A stretch of 64,000 nt of DNA from Promethearchaeati archaeon. GTDB taxonomy: Archaea > Asgardarchaeota > Atabeyarchaeia > Atabeyarchaeales > Atabeyarchaeaceae. The stretch lies in the NCBI GenBank assembly GCA_019058495.1, contig JAHPYV010000002.1:3143-67142 (forward strand), given 5' to 3'. The position numbers and the translations under genes were made by a program. Below the pieces are notes generated by a model. That model was given only the letters and a program-made list of their open reading frames with translations, was not told where the DNA came from and made no database searches. This document shows, in pieces, positions 17,571 through 27,534 of the stretch. Every line of letters starts with the position of its first letter. Position 1 is the stretch's first letter.

Positions 17571-18502
17571 GAGGAAGCAGATTGTGACTGAATGGCGTGA
17601 AAAATAGGTCTACTTATCGAAAAAAGGGTTAAAGAATATAACAAAGCATGCTACGAAAGCGGCTCACTTAGCGTAACCTCTGTGTTTCGTGTCCCTTGCA
17701 GTTTTTCACTACTTCAAGCTATGTTATCGACAGCTTGTTGCGCTAGGCTCGTTGTCTTATGGTTCTTTTATGTGCGTTCACGACAACGGGTACTTCGATA
17801 GGTTCTCTAACCGCTTCTGATTCCTCTAATTCATTTTCCAGGATTAGAGGGACACAAACGTTACAGATTCCAGATAGACAGACATCGATTTTATAGTTGT
17901 CACATGGGAGTTTCATGGGATCTCCCACCGAATTGCTACTTTACAACCATAAAATAGCTCGAAATCGATATTTAAGTGTTATCACACTTCTCCGAATATG
18001 AGCTATTACATCGATATTTGTCGATAACCACACCTTTTAAAGAGCAATGCTTACTGCAATTAGAGTACGACACATACTCATATTGTTGGGTCACCTGATC
18101 ATTGCGAGGATTTAGTCTCATGGGTAGAAGCGGATACACATTGACGCCGGTCCACATCTGATGAGCGAGTGCAATTGAACATAGGCCTTGTACGCACCCT
18201 GACCAGTGAAGACCTTAAGAAACAACTGTATTCGGCATGGCATTAAGAGGAATTGGTAACGGCTACAAGGTTAGCGTGATCATTAAGACGATGTGCTTGC
18301 TGGAGAGTAGGAAGACCACTAGAACTGTCTTAAGGAATCAAATCGTTAGTCAGTGACCGACGTGGGAAACAAAAGGGAAAATAAATCCATTAGCCCTACT
18401 CTCTTGATCATAGTTGCTCTACCGATGGTCAATCACCCTTCGAGAATGTTATGCGCAAATAAAGTAGATGAATAGCGTTCTCCGAATAGAGATGAATGTA
18501 AG

Positions 18503-20269
18503 ATGCTCGACAGGTCTTCATCAGATGAAGATTATTGGAAGAAGAAGTTGGAAGTGATCTCTCAACGCAAGTCGGGTTCCCCTTCATTGTTCAACGAGAG
18601 GGCTCTAAAGAGGATCAAGGAGAAGCAGGACGAGTGGGAACTGAAAACTCTAAAACCTTATGTTTCAAAGAACCCAGAACAAAAGGAGAAGTTCGAGAAC
18701 CTGTCCGAGATAGAGATCAGAAGGATCTATACGCCATGTGATATTCAGTCCCTAGATTATGAGCAAGAATTGGGTTTTCCGGGCGATCCTCCATTTACGA
18801 GAGGCGTTTACCCCACAATGTATCGAGGCAGGACATGGACTATGAGAATGTTCGCCGGTTATGGGACAGCTGAGGATACTAACAAGAGGTGGAAATACCT
18901 TCTTGAGCAAGGCGAAACTGGACTAAGTACTGCTTTTCACATGCCTACCATCTACGGTTATGACTCTGACAGCATTAGGGCTTATGGAGAAGTTGGCAAG
19001 TGTGGGGTTGCCATTGATTCATTGAGAGACATGGAGATATTGTTTGATGGAATACCATTGGACAGGGTTAGTACCTCGATGACTATCAACGCCCCAGCTG
19101 GCATCCTCACGGCAATGTATGCAGCTGTTGGTGAAAAGCAGGGCGTTCCTAGAGATAAGTTAAGGGGAACCATACAGAATGATCTGCTGAAAGAGTATAT
19201 TGCCCAGAAATCTTGGATATTTCCGCCAGAGGCTTCATTGAGAATAATAAGGGACATAATGGTTTACTGCACCAAGGATATGCCTCTATGGAATTACATT
19301 AGCATAAGCGGATACCACATCAGGGAAGCCGGGGCAACTGCGATCCAAGAACTAGCATTCACTCTGGCAGACGGCTTCGCGTATGTCGACTTGGGAATAA
19401 AGGGAGGTCTAAACGTGGATGATTTTGCTCCGAGACTGTCATTCTTCTTCAATTCCCACAATGACTTCTTTGAAGAGATAGCTAAGTATCGTGCGGCTAG
19501 GCGAATATGGGGCGCTGCATTGAAGGAGAAATACAGGGCTAAAGATCCTAGATCGATGTTGCTAAGGTTCCATACCCAAACAGCAGGCTGCTCTTTGACT
19601 TGGCAACAACCACTAGTCAATATCGTGAGGGCTGCCTACCAAGCTTTGGCAGCGGTGCTTGGGGGAACACAGTCTTTGCACACAGACTCCTATGACGAAG
19701 CTTGGGCAGTCCCATCAGAAGGAGCTGCATTAGTAGCTCTACGGACCCAACAAGTACTCTCGGAAGAAACAGGTGTTACCAACACGATCGATCCACTGGC
19801 CGGCTCCTACTATGTAGAGTGGCTTACGAGTGAAATGGAGGAACAAGCCTACAAGTATTTTGAGAAAATAGACTCAATGGGCGGTGTTCTTGAAGCAATA
19901 AAGAATGGCTACCTTCAACGAGAAATCGCCGAAAGCTCATACAAATATCAGAGAAAGGTAGAGCATGAGAAAATCCCGATCATAGGTGTTAACAAATATC
20001 GCATGGATGAGGAAGAACCAATAAACTACCTGAGAGTCGATCCTGTAGTTCAAGAGAAGCAGATTCAAAGAGTCAGGCAACTACGCGAAGAACGAGACGC
20101 TTCTAAGTGGGAGAATGCGATGAATGAACTCAGGAAAGCGATGGAGAATCCAGATGCGAACTTGATGTATCCGATTCTCAAAGCCGTCAAAGCGTATGCA
20201 ACAATAGGAGAGATCATAGATCTGGGAAGAGAAGTGTACGGTGAATGGAAGGAGCCAGCGCTCTTCTAA
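18503..20269 (+). CDS. methylmalonyl-CoA mutase, large (catalytic TIM-barrel) subunit
   Basis: 588 aa. [52 protein letters not shown] is characteristic of MCM-family mutases. Confidence 0.92.
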   Translation: MLDRSSSDEDYWKKKLEVISQRKSGSPSLFNERALKRIKEKQDEWELKTLKPYVSKNPEQKEKFENLSEIEIRRIYTPCDIQSLDYEQELGFPGDPPFTRGVYPTMYRGRTWTMRMFAGYGTAEDTNKRWKYLLEQGETGLSTAFHMPTIYGYDSDSIRAYGEVGKCGVAIDSLRDMEILFDGIPLDRVSTSMTINAPAGILTAMYAAVGEKQGVPRDKLRGTIQNDLLKEYIAQKSWIFPPEASLRIIRDIMVYCTKDMPLWNYISISGYHIREAGATAIQELAFTLADGFAYVDLGIKGGLNVDDFAPRLSFFFNSHNDFFEEIAKYRAARRIWGAALKEKYRAKDPRSMLLRFHTQTAGCSLTWQQPLVNIVRAAYQALAAVLGGTQSLHTDSYDEAWAVPSEGAALVALRTQQVLSEETGVTNTIDPLAGSYYVEWLTSEMEEQAYKYFEKIDSMGGVLEAIKNGYLQREIAESSYKYQRKVEHEKIPIIGVNKYRMDEEEPINYLRVDPVVQEKQIQRVRQLREERDASKWENAMNELRKAMENPDANLMYPILKAVKAYATIGEIIDLGREVYGEWKEPALF

Positions 20270-20316
20270 TCCGAGAGAGTCCTATCAGATAGAGCAAGTT
20301 TGCGGATCTGGGCATA

Positions 20317-20784
20317 ATGGAGATGGGATCTCGTATGACGAAACTTGAAAACAGAATAAGAATCTTGGTGGCGAAACCAGGACTTGACGGCCATGATAGA
20401 GGTGCATTAGTCCTCTGCAGGGCCTTCAGGGATGCAGGCGCCGAAGTGATTTACACGGGGTTACTAGCGACCCCAGAACAGGTCGCACAGACAGCAGTAG
20501 ACGAAGACGTCGACGCTGTTATGTTGTCACTTCTGAATGGCGCCCACATGGTCGCATTTCCCAAGGTTGTAACGCTATTGAGAGAGAAGGGCGCTGGAGA
20601 CATACTCGTTTTTGGTGGCGGTATAATACCTGAAGACGACAAGCCGTCACTTGAGAAGGAAGGTATACATGGAAATTGGGGTCCAGGGACTCCCCTTGAC
20701 ATAATAGTCAATACTGTTTATGAAAACGTCAGGATACACAGGCGGAAAGGCAAAGGAAAGCAAATGGGCAAGGTGAGGGCCTGA
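20317..20784 (+). CDS. methylmalonyl-CoA mutase, B12-binding small subunit
   Basis: RILVAKPGLDGHDRGALVLCRAF carries the DxHxxG cobalamin-binding motif. Adjacent to the large subunit, the usual archaeal split arrangement. Confidence 0.9.
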   Translation: MEMGSRMTKLENRIRILVAKPGLDGHDRGALVLCRAFRDAGAEVIYTGLLATPEQVAQTAVDEDVDAVMLSLLNGAHMVAFPKVVTLLREKGAGDILVFGGGIIPEDDKPSLEKEGIHGNWGPGTPLDIIVNTVYENVRIHRRKGKGKQMGKVRA

Positions 20785-20874
20785 CCTAGATTGGCCTGTA
20801 GGGACAACCAGAAACAGTCTATTCTTCGTATAAACGTGATATCGCACGCTCGGGAACTGAGATGGGTGTGTTAA

Positions 20875-21840
20875 TTGTTGAGTGCTGATCTTGTGGAACG
20901 GTTACTAGCTGGTGACCGCAGAGCACTGGGCAAGTTGATTACCCTCGTCGATGACGGGGCATGCGAGGGCAGAGAAGCAATTGTGAGACTATTCCCCAAA
21001 ACAGGGCGCGCACACATCATAGGTATTACGGGTCCCTCTGGGGTTGGAAAGAGTTCCCTGATAAATGCAGTAGTCAGAAATCTCAGGGTGAAGAAGAAGA
21101 CTGTTGGAGTAGTGGCTGTTGACCCTTCAAGTCCTTTCAGTGGGGGTGCACTCCTCGGTGACCGGATCAGGATGCAGGATCACTTCACAGACGAAGGAGT
21201 GTTCATTCGCAGCCTGGCTTCAAGAGGATCCTTGGGAGGATTGTCGAGGTCAGTAAATAACGTGATCAGACTACTCGACGCGTTTGGCAGGGACGTTATC
21301 ATAGTCGAGACTGTTGGCGCAGGGCAAGTAGAGGTGGAAATAGTCAAAGTAGCACAAACGATCATTGTGATGATGTCTCCAGGGTACGGTGATGTCATCC
21401 AGATGCTCAAAGCCGGGATTATCGAGATCGGAGACATATTTGTGATCAATAAATCGGACCTTGAGGGCGCCCACCGAACTGTAGAAGGATTGATGTCGGT
21501 GCTTGAACTGAATCAGCAGAAAGAAGGGTGGAAACCACCCATAATTGAGACAGTGGCCATAGGGCAAAAAGGTATCAGTGAGCTAGTCGACACGCTTGAA
21601 CGCCACAGGGATTACATCCAAAAGACTGGCGTGCTTAGTACCAGGGAAAGTAGGAGAATCGAAAACGAACTAATACAGTTAGTCAATGAACAGGTTTACG
21701 AGAAAATCACGAGATGTGACACAGGAGAAGGAGAAAGTCTCAGAACAATAGTATCGAAGGTTCTTTCCAAGCAGCTTGATCCATACTCCGCGGCTCAGAG
21801 AATCATATCGGCCCTAAGTCAAGGCAAATACAAATTCTAA
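20875..21840 (+). CDS. meaB: MeaB/ArgK-type G3E GTPase (mutase chaperone)
   Basis: Walker A GPSGVGKSS and NKxD motif VINKSD. Immediately downstream of the mutase genes. Confidence 0.9.
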   Translation: MLSADLVERLLAGDRRALGKLITLVDDGACEGREAIVRLFPKTGRAHIIGITGPSGVGKSSLINAVVRNLRVKKKTVGVVAVDPSSPFSGGALLGDRIRMQDHFTDEGVFIRSLASRGSLGGLSRSVNNVIRLLDAFGRDVIIVETVGAGQVEVEIVKVAQTIIVMMSPGYGDVIQMLKAGIIEIGDIFVINKSDLEGAHRTVEGLMSVLELNQQKEGWKPPIIETVAIGQKGISELVDTLERHRDYIQKTGVLSTRESRRIENELIQLVNEQVYEKITRCDTGEGESLRTIVSKVLSKQLDPYSAAQRIISALSQGKYKF

Positions 21841-21866
21841 ACCCTATGTTCCCGAACTTTTCTGAG

Positions 21867-22601
21867 CTACGAAGGCATATACCGGTCGAGTGTCTTTGTT
21901 TTAGAGATTTCAATAAATGATATCATATGGACAGCCGGAAGAGAAACGTTGTGAACAGGGACGTCGTTAACCAAAGCAAACGGAATGCCCATATGTGAGT
22001 GCGCACAAATAGCTGTATCAACTTTGTCTTTGTGCAATATTCGTTCACATCGACTGCAACCAATGTGCGGATAGAACATCTTTCGTTCACCTTTCAGAAC
22101 CTTGAATGTTGGGGGGTAATGGGTTAGGAGTATTCTGAGATCTGTCTTAAGTCCGGTGAGGAGCCTGGCGATCTTCTCGATTCTATCTGCGTAAGTCTTC
22201 TCTATGTTGGGTACATTCTTGGCCTGCCAAGGAGTTGGAGACTCTAAGGAACCTTGAGAACCCACAATACCAACTTGCAAGTTATGTACTGTCAATACAA
22301 TGCTTTCGTCATCTACAAACCTCACTCTATCTGTTGCTATCTTCATTACTTGATCACGAATGTCAGAGTACTCCTCATTGCCAAAGCAAGCTAGTACAGG
22401 ACAATTGATTCCCTTCTGTTTTATCGCTTCTAAGACATATTCGAGGTTCGTGAAATTCCCCTTTAATATTAGGTCGCCTGCAAGCAGAAAGAGGTCAAGT
22501 CTGGAAGAATTGAACGACGCTAGAGAACGCCTAAACTCGTCTAAGAACTTAGGTGCGTGTATGTCTCCAACGGCCCCGACAAATATCGATATTCGGGACA
22601 C
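21867..22601 (-). CDS. calcineurin-like metallophosphoesterase
   Basis: GDIHAP, LLAGDL, GNEE and AHSH motifs in order. Confidence 0.75.
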   Translation of the reverse strand: MSRISIFVGAVGDIHAPKFLDEFRRSLASFNSSRLDLFLLAGDLILKGNFTNLEYVLEAIKQKGINCPVLACFGNEEYSDIRDQVMKIATDRVRFVDDESIVLTVHNLQVGIVGSQGSLESPTPWQAKNVPNIEKTYADRIEKIARLLTGLKTDLRILLTHYPPTFKVLKGERKMFYPHIGCSRCERILHKDKVDTAICAHSHMGIPFALVNDVPVHNVSLPAVHMISFIEISKTKTLDRYMPS

Positions 22602-22832
22602 TCTCCAAGGTTTGATATGGTTTGGATTAAGTACTGAACGTATTGGTTAAAAGGTTAGTTACTACCACAAAAACGCGACCTGAGGCTACTGAGCGCCACT
22701 AGATTGTTTAAAGAATGGCAACAAGATATCCAAAAAGCCTTCGGGGCTCTCTAGATGTTACGCTGGGACTCTAATGATCGCAAACTGTTATGTTGGTCTT
22801 TGAAGAATGTTGAAGAGTGAAAGACTTTCGAT

Positions 22833-23477
22833 TTGGCACGCCAGAAAAGCTGGGCGGATCTTCGTGAGGCATTATCAATGAAGAATGTAATTGAGTTCAT
22901 GAAGATAGTTTCTTCACTGAAGGAACTTCAGCGCACAGGATGGAAACAACACGGGGTCACCGGGATTATTGACACCACAGCATCACACACTTTCGGCGTA
23001 ATCTTTCTTTCTTGGCTATTCGCGAAGGACGGGCATGTAGACACGGAGAAAGTGTTGAAGATGGCTCTACTGCACGACTTCGTGGAGAGCGTCATAGGTG
23101 ATTTGACTCCCGAGGAGTCTGAGCGGATTGATAGAGACAGACTTGAGGAAAGTGGCTTGAACACGGTAGAGGAAAGACTTCCTCCTCCATTAACGAAGGA
23201 AACTAGGAGCTTGATCGAGGAATTCCGCAAGGGAGAAAGCGAGGAAGCTAGGATAGTTAGAGTCTGCGACAAGCTTGAAACTCTATTTCAAGCCTATTTC
23301 TACCGAAGAGCGAACCGTCTCAGCGAAGCCAGCTTCAGACAGTTCTTCAGCTATGCAGAAAAAACTTGTAAGCAAGGGCTTGGCAGGGAACTCCTAGACG
23401 AAATACAGGACGCAGCAAAAGAGCAAAGATCATCCATGAAGCATAGGTCGTTCCCTCGGCGGACGCCTGTTCCATAA
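22833..23477 (+). CDS. HD-domain hydrolase (YfbR-like 5'-deoxynucleotidase family)
   Basis: LQRTGW...SHTFGV...LLHDFVESVIGDLTP motif series. ATG start at 22878 is also possible. Confidence 0.75.
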   Translation: MARQKSWADLREALSMKNVIEFMKIVSSLKELQRTGWKQHGVTGIIDTTASHTFGVIFLSWLFAKDGHVDTEKVLKMALLHDFVESVIGDLTPEESERIDRDRLEESGLNTVEERLPPPLTKETRSLIEEFRKGESEEARIVRVCDKLETLFQAYFYRRANRLSEASFRQFFSYAEKTCKQGLGRELLDEIQDAAKEQRSSMKHRSFPRRTPVP

Positions 23478-23505
23478 TTCAGTGCATGCAATCCTGTTGG
23501 ATTCT

Positions 23506-23727
23506 TTACACTCTGCTGGGATAGCATAGGTAAGATAGAGTCATGCGGGTCTTACATACTGAGTCCAAGTAACAGCCTACATTATGGCTGTGAACTGGAA
23601 AACATACTGGCGATGCGATCCGCAACCAAGTAGCATTCAAAATACAGTCAACTCCCAGCAACCAAAAAAGTAGCAGAATAAGGAAGAAAGCGTTCGCACT
23701 GGATTCATTTAGCTCGTCACACGTCAT
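23506..23727 (-). CDS. small hypothetical membrane protein, translationally coupled to the profilin-like gene
   Basis: 73-aa ORF whose ATG overlaps the upstream stop (ATGA). One hydrophobic helix, AFFLILLLFWLLGV. No family recognised. Confidence 0.3.
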   Translation of the reverse strand: MTCDELNESSANAFFLILLLFWLLGVDCILNATWLRIASPVCFPVHSHNVGCYLDSVCKTRMTLSYLCYPSRV

Positions 23728-24110
23728 ATCGTACGCCTTATCATGTCTGCAGCTCTACAGATGTCGGCGTAGCTGCCTCCGGGATCTCCCTGAGGTGTTA
23801 CGTATGCTATCACTATCCCCTTGTCCCCGACTGTCGACATCACTATGTGTCCTTTACCCCCAATGTTTGTGGCTATCAACCTCTCTTCCGTCACCGAAAG
23901 AGTCGAGTATTTCACACTCTGAATTGATACTGATGGATCCTTATTGCGCCAGGAATTTATCAGTTCTGCGCCGTTTACCTTCCAGTTCTGCGTGACGTAC
24001 ACAACGTTTCCAGCATTGTCTAGAACTGCCATTGCTCCTATGGTGTTATTGACTGAAACCAGGTTCCTAAAAACGTCCTCGATGTTTCCTACAGAAACGC
24101 TTACTGCCAC
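23724..24110 (-). CDS. profilin-like protein (Asgard-type eukaryotic signature protein)
   Basis: 128 aa. Pattern GAMAVLDNAGNVVYVTQNW...SIQSVKYSTLSVTEERLIATNIGGKGHIVMSTVGDKGIVIAYV..PG...ADMI is collinear with the profilin fold (AAI..DGsvWA / G.KY.v / kkG..G....T...iv...Y....pG). Confidence 0.6.
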   Translation of the reverse strand: MAVSVSVGNIEDVFRNLVSVNNTIGAMAVLDNAGNVVYVTQNWKVNGAELINSWRNKDPSVSIQSVKYSTLSVTEERLIATNIGGKGHIVMSTVGDKGIVIAYVTPQGDPGGSYADICRAADMIRRTI

Positions 24111-24311
24111 TCTCTCACCACCTTTATTTTCTGATCATCAACATTGAAACTTTCACATTTCAACCGTTGTAGCAGGTCACACGACTAAGCACGAGACAGA
24201 CGATAGCTATCATTAGGTGTGGCATTATTAATATATATTTCGAACGTCTTTGCGATCTTCTCAACAATTTGATGGGATTACTATATATCTCGCTGAATCT
24301 TCGCAATGGAC

Positions 24312-25223
24312 TTAATCTTTCACGGTCTTAAGTTGCTTCCTGTACATGTCTACAATTTCCTGGGTTGAAGTTGCGTCTTCAGGGCTTTTGTCTTCCCGCC
24401 ATTTTCCAGTAAACCTTGGGAATCTAACTGCAAGTCCACTTCCCTTCTTGATCGAATCTTTTGCACATGTGTGGATGGGGCTAAGAGTGATCTCATCACC
24501 AATTATCTCTATGACTCGGGCGGGAGTAAACCAAACGTCAGACTGAAGTATCGCGTCAACTCTGGCATGTCTGTGAGGCATCTGATACTGCTCAAGCATT
24601 TTGGGCATCTTGGATAATATCTCGTCGGTGAAGCCTGTCCCGACTTTGCATATTGTCTTGAAGGAGTCCGCATCTTTGTCGTAGACGGCGACGAGAATAG
24701 CGCCGTAGGTTCCTCCTCTCTTTCCTCTACCTTTGAACGCTCCGACGATCACAACATCGATGGGTTCCACCATTTTAGATTGATAAGAACGCTTTAGCTT
24801 TATCCAGCTCCAGCCCCTCGCGCCGGCTTGATAGCTACTGTCATCTGAAACAGATTTCAGCACGAGACCTTCGCAGCCTGCTTCAATCGCTTTCTCGAAG
24901 AAAGCATCGATCTCATTCACATCTCTGGAGACCAATGCTTCGGCTAACTTGACTCTATCACTCTGATCAATAATGTTTTCCAGCACTTTCCTTCTCTCGG
25001 GGTACGGAACCATTGTAAGATCTTTTCCGTCAGCATAGAGAACATCGAAGGCGTACAAACCCACGGGGTACTTCTTGATCATTTCTTCAACCCTGTATTT
25101 TCTACGGCGGTGCATTAACTCTTGGAAAGGTCTGAATTCTCCTGTGTCCGTATCGATTGCTACACACTCGCCTTCTATGATGGCTTCCTTTGCTTTAAGG
25201 TTCTTCTTAACAAGTTCGCACAC
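24312..25223 (-). CDS. lig: ATP-dependent DNA ligase, C-terminal part (adenylation + OB domains) of a frameshifted gene
   Basis: ORF-track piece. The same frame stays open upstream to ~25380 and there encodes RLTSAGEILEKLGGKAASEYKYDGERIQAH (motif I, KYDGER). Confidence 0.85.
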   Translation of the reverse strand: MCELVKKNLKAKEAIIEGECVAIDTDTGEFRPFQELMHRRRKYRVEEMIKKYPVGLYAFDVLYADGKDLTMVPYPERRKVLENIIDQSDRVKLAEALVSRDVNEIDAFFEKAIEAGCEGLVLKSVSDDSSYQAGARGWSWIKLKRSYQSKMVEPIDVVIVGAFKGRGKRGGTYGAILVAVYDKDADSFKTICKVGTGFTDEILSKMPKMLEQYQMPHRHARVDAILQSDVWFTPARVIEIIGDEITLSPIHTCAKDSIKKGSGLAVRFPRFTGKWREDKSPEDATSTQEIVDMYRKQLKTVKD

Positions 25224-25372
25224 ATCAGGATACTGCGATGTTATATCTTCCAGTCTTCTTGAAAAAAGTTCTACTTTGTTCTCCTTCTTATGGGCCTGTA
25301 TTCTCTCGCCATCGTACTTGTACTCGGATGCAGCTTTCCCACCCAGTTTTTCAAGTATTTCGCCTGCTGAAG

Positions 25373-26071
25373 TTAGTCTTTGAGCATGGGTCTTATTGGA
25401 TTTCCCACTTTGATTCTAAACTTCCTTATTGCTTGAAGTCCTCCGGTGGCAACAGTCACGGCGACTAAGCCTATGTCTGAGCTGAGATTGTAAGCTCTCT
25501 CTATGTCAGCTCTACTGGCTTTGCTGTCTGTAAAGGCAATGGCGAGAGCATCCAATAGGGTCATATCGGCTATTCCAAGCCTAAGTGTACCCGTGGCCAT
25601 TCTAGCGATGTACTTGGCTTCTCCTGGGGTAGCCTCTGCAATCAATTTTGAGAGAAGGTTATTCCTTGTTTCTTGTGACTTTGCCCCGGTGGTTCTTGCA
25701 ATCTTGTCTAGTGTCTCGTAGACTTTATCGATGGTTGGCTCTTGGGGTTGCTGAAGTGCGTCCTGCTTTTTCTCCTGTGCTAAGGTCTCCACAGCTGTTC
25801 CAAGGTCGCCAGTTTCCTTTAGTTGCTCTTCTACTTGGCCAGCGGTTTTCCCGAAAGCGTGCGCAATTGCTTTGATTGCCGTTTTTTCTGCTATGCCTAT
25901 CTCTATGGGTACGAAGAGTGGGTATAGTCTACCCAAAGTGAGATAGGCCACTTTGTCGACAAGATCCTTTGGTGTCTGCTTCAGAAGCTGGACTAGTAGA
26001 TCGGTTATCTCAAGTCTTTTTGTCGTGGCCTCGATTTTGTCGTATACTTCAACGACCTTCGAGTAAAGCAA
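25373..26071 (-). CDS. lig: ATP-dependent DNA ligase, N-terminal DNA-binding domain part of a frameshifted gene
   Basis: 232 aa ending ...GNPIRPMLKD*. The conserved continuation lies in the -1 frame. The break maps to an A-run at 25379-25381. Confidence 0.85.
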   Translation of the reverse strand: MLYSKVVEVYDKIEATTKRLEITDLLVQLLKQTPKDLVDKVAYLTLGRLYPLFVPIEIGIAEKTAIKAIAHAFGKTAGQVEEQLKETGDLGTAVETLAQEKKQDALQQPQEPTIDKVYETLDKIARTTGAKSQETRNNLLSKLIAEATPGEAKYIARMATGTLRLGIADMTLLDALAIAFTDSKASRADIERAYNLSSDIGLVAVTVATGGLQAIRKFRIKVGNPIRPMLKD

Positions 26072-26232
26072 TGTTCTCTGCTCCTCTTTCCCTATATCCT
26101 TCTAGCGAGAGATGCAAGATGCCTTCCATCATAACTTCGCCAGTGAACGTAAAGATAAACAAATATGAGAGAATTCTTAACACTACTATCTCTCTCAGAT
26201 CGGCATAAAAAGGTTATTAGGAGAACGAACTT

Positions 26233-26241
26233 TTTATATAA
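26233..26241 (+). promoter_or_regulatory. TATA box upstream of psmB
   Basis: TTTATATAA in the ligase/psmB divergent spacer, 60 nt before TTG 26301. Confidence 0.4.
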
Positions 26242-26300
26242 ACTACCTTTCATAACATATCTTAATCAAGCAGCAACAGTTACCATACTAGATCGCCATT

Positions 26301-26921
26301 TTGCCATCAGCAAAGGTATTTGAGAAGGAGAGTGTGTGCCAGGTCATGACAACAACAATAGGCCTTGTTTACGACAATGGCGTTATGCTGGGCTCTGAGA
26401 GCCGTGCCACAGAGGGGTACTTCATAGCAAGTAAGGAAGCTCCAAAAGTTTACAAGATAACTGAACGAATAGGGATGACCATCTCGGGTGCAGTAGCTGA
26501 TTGCCAACAGATGGTGAAACAGATTAGGGCGCTCAGCAATATCAGGAAAATGGAAATTGGACATGATGTCAGCGTAAAATCTGTTGCCCAACTAACCTCG
26601 CTATCATTGTTCCAAAGCAGATTGGCTCCATACATCTCGGAGCTAATTATTGGAGGAGTAGATGAGACAGGTCCCCGCCTTTACACACTTGATCCTCTGG
26701 GGTCACTCATCCTTGAAGAACATTATACAGCAACAGGTTCAGGCTCAATAGTAGCTTTTGGAGTCTTGGAGAGCAAATTCAAGGACGGGATGACTCAAGA
26801 CGAGGCAGTGAATCTCATTTCCTCAGCCATCACCGCTGCAAGATCTAGAGATATCGCATCGGGTGGACCCTTGCAGATCATTGCTATAACGAGTGACGGG
26901 GGGTACAAGAAGATAAAGTAG
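26301..26921 (+). CDS. psmB: proteasome subunit beta
   Basis: Catalytic Thr context (M)TTTIGLVYDNGVMLGSESRATEG. Start is TTG 26301 or ATG 26346. Confidence 0.9.
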   Translation: MPSAKVFEKESVCQVMTTTIGLVYDNGVMLGSESRATEGYFIASKEAPKVYKITERIGMTISGAVADCQQMVKQIRALSNIRKMEIGHDVSVKSVAQLTSLSLFQSRLAPYISELIIGGVDETGPRLYTLDPLGSLILEEHYTATGSGSIVAFGVLESKFKDGMTQDEAVNLISSAITAARSRDIASGGPLQIIAITSDGGYKKIK

Positions 26922-27027
26922 ACCAAAAGTCTCAATTACCAATCCCACTATATTGAACCACAGAGATTCTGATAATGTAGTTTGTCTTTACACTCATTCT
27001 CTTGCTCTGCAGTAAGGGGCTGAAAAG

Positions 27028-27447
27028 GTGTCCGAAATAATAGGCAAAGACTCAGTCAAAGGACGACTTATTCGTGAATACATCGAGAAGGATCCATTGA
27101 GATATGAACTCTTTAGGGCCCTCTCAGATGGACGATGGCATTCGACGCTGGATTTGTGGAGGACAATAAGACGGGTCAAGAAGTTTGGACAGCTTGTCGG
27201 CCTTGTCAGAGTTGGGAAGATCTTGGCACAGTTCCAAAACGTAGCTGGCGAAGATGTTCTTGAGAGGAGAGAGGGCCTCGACATAAGCGAATGGAGAATC
27301 AGTTATCTATTCATCTCAATAGTAAATGACATAATCCAATCCCAACCAGCGCCAACAGAGGAAAAGAAGGAAACCGTGAGTGATGGTGAACAACCAGAAG
27401 AAGCCGAAAATCAGGAAGAGACCGATGAAGGCAAGGATCTTCTCTGA
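27028..27447 (+). CDS. hypothetical protein with acidic C-terminal tail (possible winged-helix fold)
   Basis: 139-aa ORF with coding-like composition. C-terminus EEKKETVSDGEQPEEAENQEETDEGKD. No family recognised. Confidence 0.45.
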   Translation: MSEIIGKDSVKGRLIREYIEKDPLRYELFRALSDGRWHSTLDLWRTIRRVKKFGQLVGLVRVGKILAQFQNVAGEDVLERREGLDISEWRISYLFISIVNDIIQSQPAPTEEKKETVSDGEQPEEAENQEETDEGKDLL

Positions 27448-27534
27448 TCTCTTAGACCGATAGGTTTCTAGCTCGGTAATAATCTCTGTTCCAGCATAGG
27501 TCTGAGAACTTGTGGTAAGAAATAGGAGTTCAAC

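Noticed and set aside
18160-18502. Cobalamin riboswitch upstream of the B12-dependent methylmalonyl-CoA mutase operon.
   Set aside because: No recognisable B12-box or conserved core could be identified by eye. Riboswitches of this class are also not established in archaea. It needs an Rfam scan to settle.
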